The notes beneath the pieces are model-generated. The model ran no database searches. It saw nothing but the letters and a program-made list of their open reading frames with translations, and was not told the origin of the DNA. From positions 2,112,001 through 2,176,000 of the forward strand of contig OZ240219.1 of assembly GCA_965197645.1 (NCBI GenBank): a DNA stretch of 64,000 nucleotides, read 5' to 3'. Source of the DNA: Dehalococcoidia bacterium. Lineage in GTDB: Bacteria; Chloroflexota; Dehalococcoidia; Plut-88900. Positions 1-10,369 of the stretch are shown in pieces (position 1 is the first letter of the stretch; the number at the start of each line of letters is the position of its first letter). The position numbers and the translations under genes were made by a program.

Positions 1-776
1 TGCTCCTGGTGCGGGAAGTGGCCGCAATTCTCGATCACCTTCAGCGTGGAGTCGGGGAGGAGGCGTTGGAAGGCCCTCCCGTACTCGGGCGGCACCATGG
101 AGTCGGACTCGCCCCACACCAGCAGCGTCGGCATGGTCAACCTGTGGATGCGCTTGTTCAGGCCCCTATCCGGGATGGGCCAGATGAACTTGCCCACGGT
201 GGCGAGGGTCTGTACCTGGTTCAGCTCGGCCTCACTCTGGGCCGCCGGGTCTTCGGGAACCGACAAGGCCGCTTTGGCGGCGTCGGATTCGGGGTTGTGC
301 CATAGCGCCTGAGCGCGCTCTTCCGGTGTCAGTATGAAGAAGTCGGAGATTGGGGCTTCCTCGAGCCATAGTCCCAGCGAACTCACCAGCACCAGGCGGC
401 TCACCTTCTCCGGTCGATGGGCAGCCAGCTCTGCCGCCAGCATTCCACCATAAGAATGCCCCACGACGTGAGCCCGTTCCAGCCCCAGCTCGTCCATCAG
501 CTCCTCGTAGAAGAGGACCAGGTCCCAGATGTCGTCCAGGTGGTCCAGACCGGTGGAGCTGCCCAGTCCGGGATGGGCCGGGCTGTAGACGCGATGGCTT
601 TCCGCTAGGGTATCCAGGAAGGGCGTCCAGCCGGTGAACCCGTCCTCCCCGTGAAGGTACAGCAGGGCATCTCCCGCTCCGCCCTCCGATACCCGTATGT
701 TGAACTTGCCGCCCCGAACGGCCACCATTTTTTCTTCGTGCTGAACCATACCAGCTTCCAATTCGGAACTTGTCAT
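1..776 (-). CDS. Alpha/beta-fold hydrolase (3' end runs off the window)
   Basis: Not in the ORF track. Manual translation from ATG 776: MTSSELEAG...LLYLHGEDG...VVGHSYGG (GxSxG)...LLVWGESD...CGHFPHQE. Confidence 0.88.
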   Translation of the reverse strand, partial: MTSSELEAGMVQHEEKMVAVRGGKFNIRVSEGGAGDALLYLHGEDGFTGWTPFLDTLAESHRVYSPAHPGLGSSTGLDHLDDIWDLVLFYEELMDELGLERAHVVGHSYGGMLAAELAAHRPEKVSRLVLVSSLGLWLEEAPISDFFILTPEERAQALWHNPESDAAKAALSVPEDPAAQSEAELNQVQTLATVGKFIWPIPDRGLNKRIHRLTMPTLLVWGESDSMVPPEYGRAFQRLLPDSTLKVIENCGHFPHQE

Positions 777-845
777 CGTAAGTCGCCGGCCTCACGCAAC
801 GATCACGGGGCCGGCCTACGATGTTGTCATAGACTTACGGCAGGA

Positions 846-2069
846 CTAACCTCCCACCGGCGCAACCGACTGCCGGCCGACGGCCTGGGGCCACCACGGG
901 TCGTCGTACTCGTCCCACAGGCCCTTCACGGCGGGGAGCACCTCTTTCGTAAACAGCTCGGTGTTCTTCCTAGCTATTTCGTCGGGCATGCTGCCGATGT
1001 GGAGCAAGACCATCAGGTGCCCGACCCTCAGCAGCTTGATGGCCTCGGTCAGCTGCTCGCGGACTGTGGCGGGACTGCCGGCGATGATATGACCCTTGTC
1101 CACGAAGTCCTGCCAGTTCAACTCCTGGGCAACCCTGGCAGATTCCTTTCCGGCCTGAACCCGAGAGGACTTCTTCATGGAGGTCATGGACCGGTATCCG
1201 GGGGCCTCGGCGAAGGGTGGATAGATGCGGAGCATCTTTTGATAGAAGTACTTGACGTGCTCCTCGTAGTCTATCTCGGCCTGCCGGTCGGTCTCCGAGA
1301 CGCAAACCAACTGGAGGAAACCGAGCCGGTGGGGATTGTCGTCGATGCCCCTTTCCTCGGCGGCGTTCCAGAACCCTCGGACCACGTCGAGGGCGCGCTG
1401 GTAGCCGAAGTAGCTGAGATAGCAGTAGACGTAGTTGTGCCTCAGCACCCAGTCCCACGTCTCCAGGCTGCCGCTTCCGGGGATCCACACAGGGGGGTGG
1501 GGCTGCTGCAGGGGACGGGGCCAGCAGTTGACGTAACGCAGCTTCGTGTACTTCCCGTTGAATATGAAAGGCTCGCGCTCGGTCCAGGCGCGCATTATCA
1601 GATCGTGGGCCTCGGAGTGGCGCTCCCTGAGCTGCAGGGGGACCTGCCCGTAGGAAAAGGCGGTGTCCATCGATGTCCCCACCGGGAATCCGGCCACCAG
1701 GCGTCCCCCGCTCATGATATCGATCATCGCCATCTCCTCGGCGACGCGTAGCGGCGGCTGGTAGAGAGCCAGGCTGTTGCCCAGGACGACCAGGGCGGCG
1801 TTGGAGGTGCTCCGAGCCAGGATACTGGCCATGAGATTGGGCGAAGGCATCAGACCGTAGGCATTACTGTGGTGCTCGTTGACGCAAATGCCATCGAAGC
1901 CCCAGGAATCGGCATGCTCCATCTGCCCCAGGTAATCGCCGTAGTACTGCTGGGCGATCGAGGGATCGAAATTCTCGTTGGGCAGGTCCACCCATGCGCT
2001 TCGGTGCCTGTTTTCAAAGTCCGAGGGAAGCGCCTGGTACGGCATCAGGTGAAAGTACGACAGTTTCAT
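846..2069 (-). CDS. Luciferase-like (LLM class) flavin-dependent monooxygenase
   Basis: NEHH, RVAEEMAMID, SGGRL and PRPLQQPHPPVW motifs; GGAGG RBS. Confidence 0.92.
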   Translation of the reverse strand: MKLSYFHLMPYQALPSDFENRHRSAWVDLPNENFDPSIAQQYYGDYLGQMEHADSWGFDGICVNEHHSNAYGLMPSPNLMASILARSTSNAALVVLGNSLALYQPPLRVAEEMAMIDIMSGGRLVAGFPVGTSMDTAFSYGQVPLQLRERHSEAHDLIMRAWTEREPFIFNGKYTKLRYVNCWPRPLQQPHPPVWIPGSGSLETWDWVLRHNYVYCYLSYFGYQRALDVVRGFWNAAEERGIDDNPHRLGFLQLVCVSETDRQAEIDYEEHVKYFYQKMLRIYPPFAEAPGYRSMTSMKKSSRVQAGKESARVAQELNWQDFVDKGHIIAGSPATVREQLTEAIKLLRVGHLMVLLHIGSMPDEIARKNTELFTKEVLPAVKGLWDEYDDPWWPQAVGRQSVAPVGG

Positions 2070-2270
2070 GGTGCCTCCAATCCCATCGATAGGGAACCGG
2101 TGTACTTGGCAGGTCGGCGCCGACTACGGGAGATGATAGCATACCCAGTGCGGCCCGGTCAGGGACCGTCGTATCAGGGGTAGGTATCCGGAGTCTGGAA
2201 ACTTGCCCCGGTAACGTGGATAATTGCCGATGTCTGCGGAACCATCGAGACTGAACGGGAAACTGGAGCC

Positions 2271-5200
2271 ATGAGCTTGAAAAACCTGCTGGTTGCCAAT
2301 AGAGGGGAGATAGCCGTCCGGATAATCCGAGCGGCCAGCGAGCTGAACATAGGGACGGTAGCCGTGTTCTCCGAGGACGATGCTACCTCGCTACATACGA
2401 GGAAGGCCGACGAGGCTCGGGCACTGACCGGTTCCGGGCCCAGGGCCTATCTCGATATCGAGGGGATCATAGCCCTTGCCAGGGAAGCGGGATGCGATGC
2501 CATTCACCCGGGCTACGGCTTCCTCAGCGAGAACGCCGACTTCAGCCGCAGATGCGCCGAGGAGGGCATCACTTTCGTTGGGCCGCGGCCCGAGACCATG
2601 GAGCTGCTGGGGAATAAGGCCCAGGCTCGGACACTGGCCGAGGAGAATGGGGTACCGGTGATACCCGGCACCAAGGCCCCGACCACCCTGGAGCAGGTGA
2701 GGGAGTTCTTTTCCGGGCCCGGTGAGGGAGGCCCGATACTGATCAAGGCTATCGGCGGGGGTGGGGGACGGGGCATGCGGGCCGTATCCCGGACCGAGGA
2801 CGTCGAAGAGGCGTTTGCCCGGTGTCAATCGGAAGCCGGACAGGCCTTCGGCAACGGCGAAGTGTACGTTGAGCGGCTCATCCCTCGCTCCCGTCACATC
2901 GAGGTGCAATTAGTGTGCGATAGCTCGGGCGGGATATCGGACCTGGGGGAGCGGGAATGCAGCATCCAGAGACGGTATCAGAAGATGATCGAGGTTGCGC
3001 CCTCGCCCGGGCTATCGGCCGGGCTGCGGCGGCGGCTCATCGCCGCGGCGGCCAGGATTGCGGAGGCGGCGAAATACGAAAACGTCGGGTCTTTCGAGTT
3101 CCTCGTGGACGCCGCCTCTATGGGCTCGGATGACACCCCCTTCTACTTCATCGAGGCCAACGCCAGGCTGCAGGTGGAGCATACCGTTACCGAAGAGGTG
3201 ACGGGAGTCGATCTTGTGCAAACCCAGTTGGAGCTGGCGGCGGGACGGTCCCTGCAGGATCTGGGGTTAGCCGGAGACGGGGCCAGGTCCCCAAACGGGT
3301 ACGCCATGCAAGCGCGGGTCAACATGGAGACGATGGCCGAAGACGGTACGGCGCGGCCATCTGCAGGCGTGTTGACTGCCTTCGAGATGCCTTCGGGCCC
3401 GGGTGTGCGCATCGATTCATTCGGGTACGCCGGGTATCGGATCAGCCCCAACTTCGATTCTCTGCTGGCCAAGGTGGTCGGACACTCCAGGTCCAACGAG
3501 TACTCCGCAGTAATATCCAAGACCTATCGTGCGCTCTGTGAGGCCCGGATCGAGGGTGTACCCACCAACATCCCCTTCCTGCAGAGCATCCTACAGCACC
3601 CGGACTTCATAAGCGATAACATCCATACCCGGTTTGTCGATGAGAACGTAGCCGAGCTGGTAGGCGCCGCCAACAACCACCACCGCAAGCTGTTCTTCGA
3701 GCAAGCCCCGGTACAAACCCAGGCGAAGCCTCAGTTTGCAGGCGCGCGCATTGATGCCAGCGATCCTCTCGCCGTGCTCGATCATGGCAAGTCAGGAGAC
3801 CGGCAACCAGCGTCCATGTTCACTTCAGAACCGATGCCATATGCGTCTGCCGAAGTGGGCGCCGGTCCGGAGGGAACGATCCCCATTCGGGCTCCCGTCC
3901 AGGGGACGATCGTCAGCATCAGCGTGGCCGAAGGGGACCAGGTGACGGGAAGCACCCAGGTCATCGTGATGGAATCGATGAAGATGGAGCACGAGGTGCT
4001 GGCCGGGACTGACGGCACGGTGCGCCAGGTTACCGTGTCGGAAGGCGACACCGTATACGAAGGCCACCCTCTGCTCTATGTCGAAGAGGGGACCGTCGAG
4101 GGCGAAGCGACCGAAGGGTTAGAGGAGATAGACTTGGACTACATCCGCCCCGATCTGGCGGAGCTTTTCGAACGGCGTGCCATGACCCTGGACTCCGCAC
4201 GGCCCGAATCGGTGGAGAAGAGGAGACAGAAAGGGCAACGCACTACGCGAGAGAACATCGAGAACCTGTGCGACCCGGGCTCCTTCTCCGAGTACGGAGG
4301 GCTGGTGATAGCCGCCAGGCGGGAACGGAACACCCTCCAGGAGCTGATCCAGAGGACTCCGGCAGACGGCCTGGAGGCGGGAATCGGTCGTGTGAACGGC
4401 CAACTGTTCGACGACTCCAGGGCTCGATGCGCGGTCATCGGCTACGACTACATGGTGCTGGCCGGGACCCAGGGAAAGAAGAACCACGAGAAGAAGGACC
4501 GGTTCCTGGAGGTGATAGAGCGGGCCCGTTTGCCCCTTGTCTTCTTTGCCGAAGGCGGCGGTGGAAGGCCCGGCGACTCGGACGATAAGGGGGTGGCGGG
4601 GCTTACCACCCCGGCCTTCACCAGGTTTGCCAAGCTGAGCGGCCTGGTACCCGTGATCGGCATCACATCGGGCAGATGCTTCGCGGGGAACGCCGTGCTG
4701 CTGGGGTGCTGCGATGTGATCATTGCAACGGCAAACTCGAATATCGGGCTGGGAGGACCGGCAATGATCGAGGGTGGTGGGCTGGGTATCTTCCGCCCAG
4801 AGGAGATCGGCCCGATGGAGCACCAGGTGCCCAACGGTGTGGTGGATATTCCGGTGGCGGACGAGGCGGAAGCGGTGGAGGTCGCAAAGAAATATCTCTC
4901 CTACTTCCAGGGGCCCCTCAACAATTGGGACTGCGCCGACCAGAGGTTGCTGCGCAGGGCCGTCCCCGAGAACCGGATGCGGGTCTACGATATCCGATCG
5001 ATCATCGATATCCTGGCCGATACCGGCTCCGTGCTGGAGATCAGGAAGCACTTCGGTCACGGGATGGTGACGAGTTTGATCAGAATCGAAGGGCGGCCCG
5101 TAGGGGTGATTGCCAACAACCCGACCCACCTGGGAGGTGCGGTGGACAGCGATGGGGCGGATAAGGCGTCACGATTCATGCAGCTTTGCGACGCATTCGA

Positions 5201-5699
5201 TATCCCGCTGCTGCTGTTGATAGATACGCCGGGGATGATGGTCGGACCCGAAACCGAGAAGACGGCCCTGTTGCGACATAGCTGCCGGTTGTTCGTCACC
5301 GGGTCCAGCATAACCGTACCTACTTTCGGGGTGGTGCTGCGGAAGGCCTATGGCCTGGGGGCGCAGGCGATGGCGGGCGGTTGCTTCCACAACCCCCTTT
5401 CCATCGTTTCCTGGCCGACGGGAGAGTTTGGGGGGATGGGGCTGGAGGGAGCGGTGAAGCTGGGCTACCGCAAAGAGCTGGCGGCGATAGAGGACCCGGA
5501 AGAGAGGACTGCCACCTACGAAAAGATGGTGGCCGCTATGTACGAGGCCGGAAAGGCCATCAACACCGCGTCCTACTTCGAGCTGGACGACGTGATCGAT
5601 CCCGCGGAAACTCGACACTGGCTCTTGGAAGGACTGCGGGCCATGCCGCCGGTGCTGCCTCGCAGCGGCAAGAAGAGGCCCAACGTGGACACATGGTAG
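2271..5699 (+). CDS. Single-chain biotin-dependent acyl-CoA carboxylase (BC-BCCP-CT fusion)
   Basis: ANRGEIA, HPGYGFLSEN, RECSIQRR and RLQVEH (biotin carboxylase); ESMKME (biotinyl Lys); C-terminal carboxyltransferase (GGGRPGD, DTPG). Confidence 0.93.
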   Translation: MSLKNLLVANRGEIAVRIIRAASELNIGTVAVFSEDDATSLHTRKADEARALTGSGPRAYLDIEGIIALAREAGCDAIHPGYGFLSENADFSRRCAEEGITFVGPRPETMELLGNKAQARTLAEENGVPVIPGTKAPTTLEQVREFFSGPGEGGPILIKAIGGGGGRGMRAVSRTEDVEEAFARCQSEAGQAFGNGEVYVERLIPRSRHIEVQLVCDSSGGISDLGERECSIQRRYQKMIEVAPSPGLSAGLRRRLIAAAARIAEAAKYENVGSFEFLVDAASMGSDDTPFYFIEANARLQVEHTVTEEVTGVDLVQTQLELAAGRSLQDLGLAGDGARSPNGYAMQARVNMETMAEDGTARPSAGVLTAFEMPSGPGVRIDSFGYAGYRISPNFDSLLAKVVGHSRSNEYSAVISKTYRALCEARIEGVPTNIPFLQSILQHPDFISDNIHTRFVDENVAELVGAANNHHRKLFFEQAPVQTQAKPQFAGARIDASDPLAVLDHGKSGDRQPASMFTSEPMPYASAEVGAGPEGTIPIRAPVQGTIVSISVAEGDQVTGSTQVIVMESMKMEHEVLAGTDGTVRQVTVSEGDTVYEGHPLLYVEEGTVEGEATEGLEEIDLDYIRPDLAELFERRAMTLDSARPESVEKRRQKGQRTTRENIENLCDPGSFSEYGGLVIAARRERNTLQELIQRTPADGLEAGIGRVNGQLFDDSRARCAVIGYDYMVLAGTQGKKNHEKKDRFLEVIERARLPLVFFAEGGGGRPGDSDDKGVAGLTTPAFTRFAKLSGLVPVIGITSGRCFAGNAVLLGCCDVIIATANSNIGLGGPAMIEGGGLGIFRPEEIGPMEHQVPNGVVDIPVADEAEAVEVAKKYLSYFQGPLNNWDCADQRLLRRAVPENRMRVYDIRSIIDILADTGSVLEIRKHFGHGMVTSLIRIEGRPVGVIANNPTHLGGAVDSDGADKASRFMQLCDAFDIPLLLLIDTPGMMVGPETEKTALLRHSCRLFVTGSSITVPTFGVVLRKAYGLGAQAMAGGCFHNPLSIVSWPTGEFGGMGLEGAVKLGYRKELAAIEDPEERTATYEKMVAAMYEAGKAINTASYFELDDVIDPAETRHWLLEGLRAMPPVLPRSGKKRPNVDTW

Positions 5700-5761
5700 G
5701 CTGGGGTCGCCCCGCCCCAGGTGGTTGTTCCCTCTCTCCCGCCCTGAGAGGTGTTTTGTCT

Positions 5762-5927
5762 GGGGGCACATCCCCCTGCCAGAGGGTTTTCCTCTGGACT
5801 CCCTGGATTGCATCCGACGCCGCCCCATTCCTGAAACAGCGGTTAGCAGACCGATAGAACAACGGGTGTGCAGAGGGGCGAAGGCTCTTTGCCGGGAGTC
5901 TGAGAGCCTGCCCTGAACCTGCCGAAG
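5762..5927 (+). repeat. Modular intergenic repeat, copy A
   Basis: Shares GGGGGCACATCCCCC..TGCCAGAGGG..CCTCTGGA with 27905, and GGGTGTGCAGAGGGGCGAAG..GCCGG(G/A)AGTCTG with 16490, 28061 and (reverse, diverged) 44078. Confidence 0.85.
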
Positions 5928-5947
5928 TGGTGTCGTTCCACGCCCGT

Positions 5948-6095
5948 CGTCATTGCGAGACCCGACAGAGTCGGGGCGTGGCAATCCAGCCAGGTCCGGC
6001 CTTTGACTGGTAGGGACGTGTACCCCACCTCCCCAGATTGCTTCGCTCCCTTCGACCCCACCTCTGGACCAACTCTCCCATCGCTCGCAACGACG
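5948..6095. repeat. REP/MITE-like palindromic element
   Basis: Terminal inverted repeat CGTCATTGCGAG / CTCGCAACGACG (1 mismatch) with inner GCAATC / GATTGC arms. Confidence 0.7.
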
Positions 6096-6163
6096 GTAAC
6101 CGTCAAACTGAGTCCGTGCCCTCGTCACTTAGCCTGGGCTGGGCCGGACATCCGTGCCGATGA

Positions 6164-7219
6164 TTATCTGAACTGGGGCATGATCCGGTCGGCTATCTCC
6201 TGCATGTTTCGTTTCTGATCGACGATGGCGTACTGGACGCAAGATACTCCGAAGACGCCAATCTCACTTAGATCGTAGATCCTCTCGTCGATCTCCTCGA
6301 CAGGCCCTGAGAGGTTGATGGAGTCGATGACTCGCTGGGTGGCCAGCTTGGCATGAGGGGCGTTGATCGACTCGTGCATGTAGGGATCGAAGTTCTCGTA
6401 TATGTGCCGGTACTCGTCGACGAGGCCGGGCTGCTTTTTCTCCAGGCGTCGATACAGCTCCTGGGCCTCTTCCGAGTTTCGCTTGAAGATGGCTCGGTAG
6501 AGCACGCTTCCGCAGGAGGCGGCGTAGGAGGAGACCTCGCGCCGGGCCTCCTCTTTGGTTCCGGAGGGGTAGACCTCGGTCCTGGCCCAGATCTTTATGG
6601 TGGACGGGTCCCTGCCGGCCCTCTCAGCGCCCTTGTGGACCTGCTCGATGTTCCACTTGACTATCTCGGGTTCGCCGGCGCCGAACACCAGGACCTGATC
6701 GGCCACCTCACCGGCCAGCTGGAGGGTTTTGGGGCCCAGAGGACCCATCACGATGGGGATGGGTTGCCCGGCCCACTGGGTGTTGCGAATCCACTCCGAG
6801 TGCCAGGTCATGCCCCACAGCTCGGCATCCTCGCCGGCGGTGTATCGTCTGAGGAAGTTGGCTGTCTCGCGCTGAGCTTGCAGGGTCGCGGGACGCTTGG
6901 TCGCTTTACCTGCGCTGGGATCGCCTGCACCGAAGCCGATGAACACCCGACCGCCGGTGAGCTCCCGAAGGCTGGCGGTGAAGTTAGCGATGACGGCCGG
7001 GTGGTACATGATGGGGTCGCAGACGCCGTGGCCTATCTGTATGCGCCGCGTGGCCGTGGCGGCTATGGTCATCATCCCGAAGCATTCTCGGGAGACGTTG
7101 CTTTGATCGACGAAGGTGACGTGGGAGAACCCGGCCTCATCAGCGACCCGTGAGTGCTCAGCTACCTCATCGAACCTGAGCTCGGCACCCAAGCCTATCC
7201 CAAAGCTCATGCTAGCCAT
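6164..7219 (-). CDS. LLM class oxidoreductase (Mer-like, possibly F420-dependent)
   Basis: ATG 7219 after AGGAGG; TGGRVFIGFGAG and GPKTLQLAGEVAD motifs. Confidence 0.85.
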   Translation of the reverse strand: MASMSFGIGLGAELRFDEVAEHSRVADEAGFSHVTFVDQSNVSRECFGMMTIAATATRRIQIGHGVCDPIMYHPAVIANFTASLRELTGGRVFIGFGAGDPSAGKATKRPATLQAQRETANFLRRYTAGEDAELWGMTWHSEWIRNTQWAGQPIPIVMGPLGPKTLQLAGEVADQVLVFGAGEPEIVKWNIEQVHKGAERAGRDPSTIKIWARTEVYPSGTKEEARREVSSYAASCGSVLYRAIFKRNSEEAQELYRRLEKKQPGLVDEYRHIYENFDPYMHESINAPHAKLATQRVIDSINLSGPVEEIDERIYDLSEIGVFGVSCVQYAIVDQKRNMQEIADRIMPQFR

Positions 7220-7398
7220 ACTAACCTCCTGCCCGTAAGAGTACAGGTCTTCTCTGACTAATCTGATGTCCTGGCGGTTGCGTAGGCTACAGGATAGGCC
7301 ACTCGGTGTTTCATGTCCACCGTATAGCTGGCAATTCCGCGTCGGCAGGCCTATGATGGGGCTACGGGGCTGTGCAACCATCCAGGAGGGGCGGACTC

Positions 7399-8199
7399 AT
7401 GGACGTTACGGATCGAATTGCCGTTGTGACCGGGGGAGGCAGGGGCATTGGGCGGGGAATAGCTCTGGTGCTGGCGCAGAACGGCGCCGACGTAGCGGTT
7501 GCCGACATCGAGTTGGAGAACGCCGAGGCGGTGGCAGAAGAGGTGAACGCCCTGGGACGAAAGTCTAAGGGCCTGTTTCTCGACGTGACCAACCAGCAGT
7601 CCAGTGAGAAGCTGATGGAAGACGTGCTGACGGAGTTCGGTCGCATCGATATCCTGGTGAACAATGCCGGAATCATCGCCGCCCACGGCTGGGAGGCGCG
7701 AAGGCGGGATGACGACGATGACTGGGACCGCATATACGAGGTCAACGTCAGGGGTATAGCCCGCATGTCGGACCTGGTATCCGGTCTTATGAAGGAGCAG
7801 GGGTACGGGAAGATAGTCAACATCGCGTCTACGGCGGCGAGACAGGGGGGCGCCGGAATGGGGGCCTACTGCTCATCCAAGGCGGCGGTGGTCAGCATCA
7901 CCCAGTCCTTCGCCCTGGAGCTGGCTCCATACAATATCAACGTGAACACCGTCTGCCCCGGCCTGCTGTGGACGCCTATGTGGGAACGGATAGCCAATAG
8001 ACGGGCTTCCTTGCTGGACAACCCGGAGAACAAATCGCCCAGGCAACTGTTCGACGACTACGTGGAGCAGAGCACGCCGCTGCAAAGGGAGCAGACGCCG
8101 GAGGACATCGGCAACGCGGTGGCATTTTTCTGCTCCGATGTCTCAAAGAACATCACGGGACAGGCCCTCAACGTGTGCGGCGGATCCTATATGAACTAG
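7399..8199 (+). CDS. Short-chain dehydrogenase/reductase
   Basis: TGGGRGIG, NNAG, YCSSK (YxxxK); AGGAGG RBS before ATG 7399. Confidence 0.93.
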   Translation: MDVTDRIAVVTGGGRGIGRGIALVLAQNGADVAVADIELENAEAVAEEVNALGRKSKGLFLDVTNQQSSEKLMEDVLTEFGRIDILVNNAGIIAAHGWEARRRDDDDDWDRIYEVNVRGIARMSDLVSGLMKEQGYGKIVNIASTAARQGGAGMGAYCSSKAAVVSITQSFALELAPYNINVNTVCPGLLWTPMWERIANRRASLLDNPENKSPRQLFDDYVEQSTPLQREQTPEDIGNAVAFFCSDVSKNITGQALNVCGGSYMN

Positions 8200-8236
8200 A
8201 CGGGTCTAAAGGGTATATAGCCGAAGGAGGTGGAAC

Positions 8237-8782
8237 GTGAAGTTCAACGAGTACATCAGCCAGCTTCTGGACATGAACTGGGGAATGGTGGAGATGGCGA
8301 TGGACGGCCTTACCCCCGAGGAGCTTTCCAAAATGCCGACGGATGACTCCAACTCCATAGCCTGGTTGATGTGGCATACGGCCCGGGACGAGGACTACCT
8401 GATCAGCTTGGCTGAGGAGCGGCCTCAGCTCTGGGTCAGTGAAGGATGGCACGACAAGTTCGGGATCGAGCCGGGCACCGTCGACGGCCACGATTTCAAG
8501 GACATCGGTGTGGGATCGACAGCCAAAGAGGTGGCTTCATTCAAGACACCGGATGCCGGCGTAATCATCGGATACTACCTGGCGGCCAGAGAGGCCACCA
8601 AGAAGTACCTCGAAAACGTTTCACCGGAGGACCTGGACAGGGAGATGCCGGACCCGTGGAGCAACGGGGGCAAGACGACCCTGGTGACCTACATCAACTG
8701 CATCGTCGATGAGGCGCTGGCCCACGGCGGCCAGGTGGCCATGCTCAGAGGTCTGCACCGGGGAATGGGCTGGTTCGGATAG
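8237..8782 (+). CDS. DinB-family protein
   Basis: NSIAWLMWH and C-terminal HGGQ motifs; GTG start after AAGGAGG. Confidence 0.85.
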   Translation: MKFNEYISQLLDMNWGMVEMAMDGLTPEELSKMPTDDSNSIAWLMWHTARDEDYLISLAEERPQLWVSEGWHDKFGIEPGTVDGHDFKDIGVGSTAKEVASFKTPDAGVIIGYYLAAREATKKYLENVSPEDLDREMPDPWSNGGKTTLVTYINCIVDEALAHGGQVAMLRGLHRGMGWFG

Positions 8783-8809
8783 ACCTGAACAGTCGGAAAC
8801 GCACGTCCC

Positions 8810-10366
8810 ATGTTTGATACCGTCATTTCTGGAGGGATGGTCATCGATGGTACCGGCCGTACCTGGTACAAAGCCGACATCGGTATCCAGGGGGACAGCC
8901 TGACCATCCTACGGGGCGACACGACGGGCGTCGAGGCGGGAAGAGTGATCGATGCCCAGGGCTGCGCCGTCTGCCCCGGCTTCATCGATATGCACTCCCA
9001 TTCGGACCTGTCCATGTTGACCAATCCCAGGCACGGGGCCAAGGTCTCCCAGGGTGTCACCACCGAGGCGCTGGGACAGGATGGCCTCTCCTACGCACCA
9101 ACCTCTCCCCGAAACCTGGAGGACCTGCTGCTCTACCTGGCGGCTGTGAACGGAATGCCGCCTCCGGAGGTTCGGTGGGGTTCGGTAAGCGAGTTCCTGG
9201 CGCTGTTCGATAATCGGGCCGCGTGCAACGTGGTCTACTTCGTTCCCCACGCCGCGATCCGAGTCGAGGCTATGGGTTGGGAAGACCGGCTCCCCACTTC
9301 CGACGAGACCAAGCACATGCAGAGGCTGGTGGAGGAGGGGATGCGCGATGGCGCGTTCGGTTTCTCCACGGGACTGACCTATGTGCCCGGGGCCTACAGC
9401 GACACCGGTGAAGTCGTCGAGATATGCAAGGCGCTGAGATCCTCGGGTGGGCTGTACGTGACCCACTGCCGCTACTTCCTGGGAGACGGCCTGCTCGATC
9501 CCTTCAAGGAGGCGATAACCATAGGGGAATTGGCCGAGGTGCCGGTCCAGATCTCCCACTACCACAGCCCTTTGGACGGGATGGGCAAGAAGATGGTGGA
9601 CCTGATTGACGAGGGACGAGACCGGGGGGTGGACGTCACCTTCGACCAGTATCCCTACCCCGCTGCCAGCACTCTTCTTCTATCCATGATTCCCTACTGG
9701 GTTCACGCCGGCGGGCCTGGCATGCTCCTGGCGCGGATCGCCACCGAGGAGGTGCGAGACCGGCTAAAGAGCGCTTTCGAGCCCCAATGGGGAGGCGATA
9801 TGGCCGACTACGTCTTCAGCCACATCGGCTCAGACAAGAACAAGGAGTGGGAGGGAAGATCGCTGGAGGACATGGCCAGAGCCTGGGACAAGAGCGTGGT
9901 GGACACGGTCTGCGACCTGCTCATCGAGGAGAACCTGGAGGTGGCCTTCGTGGCGAGGACTGGCAATCCGGACAACATCCGCACCATCCTGGGCCACCCC
10001 GCTCAGATGGTCGGCAGCGACGGGCTGCTCACCGGCGAAAGGCCCAACCCTCGCAGCTACGGCACCTTTCCCTTCGTTCTGGGCCAGCTGGTGCGGGAAG
10101 AGAACGTGGTCCGGCTGGAGGATGCCGTCAGCAAGATGACTTCGATACCGGCCCAGCGGCTCGGCCTGAAGGACAGGGGCATTCTGCGGGACGGGATGAA
10201 GGCAGACGTGGTGGTCTTCAACCCGGATACCGTTCGGGCTACGGCCACTTTCGAAGACCCCAAACAGCTGCCGGTAGGCATCGACTACGTGCTGGTCAAC
10301 GGCCAGCTGGTAATCGACAACGGTAGGCACACCGGGGCCCTGCCCGGACACGCCCTGCGTCACTAG
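8810..10366 (+). CDS. N-acyl-D-amino-acid deacylase (D-aminoacylase family)
   Basis: PGFIDMHSHSD, GSDG, PRSYGTFP and ADVVVF motifs. Confidence 0.9.
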   Translation: MFDTVISGGMVIDGTGRTWYKADIGIQGDSLTILRGDTTGVEAGRVIDAQGCAVCPGFIDMHSHSDLSMLTNPRHGAKVSQGVTTEALGQDGLSYAPTSPRNLEDLLLYLAAVNGMPPPEVRWGSVSEFLALFDNRAACNVVYFVPHAAIRVEAMGWEDRLPTSDETKHMQRLVEEGMRDGAFGFSTGLTYVPGAYSDTGEVVEICKALRSSGGLYVTHCRYFLGDGLLDPFKEAITIGELAEVPVQISHYHSPLDGMGKKMVDLIDEGRDRGVDVTFDQYPYPAASTLLLSMIPYWVHAGGPGMLLARIATEEVRDRLKSAFEPQWGGDMADYVFSHIGSDKNKEWEGRSLEDMARAWDKSVVDTVCDLLIEENLEVAFVARTGNPDNIRTILGHPAQMVGSDGLLTGERPNPRSYGTFPFVLGQLVREENVVRLEDAVSKMTSIPAQRLGLKDRGILRDGMKADVVVFNPDTVRATATFEDPKQLPVGIDYVLVNGQLVIDNGRHTGALPGHALRH

Positions 10367-10369
10367 TCC

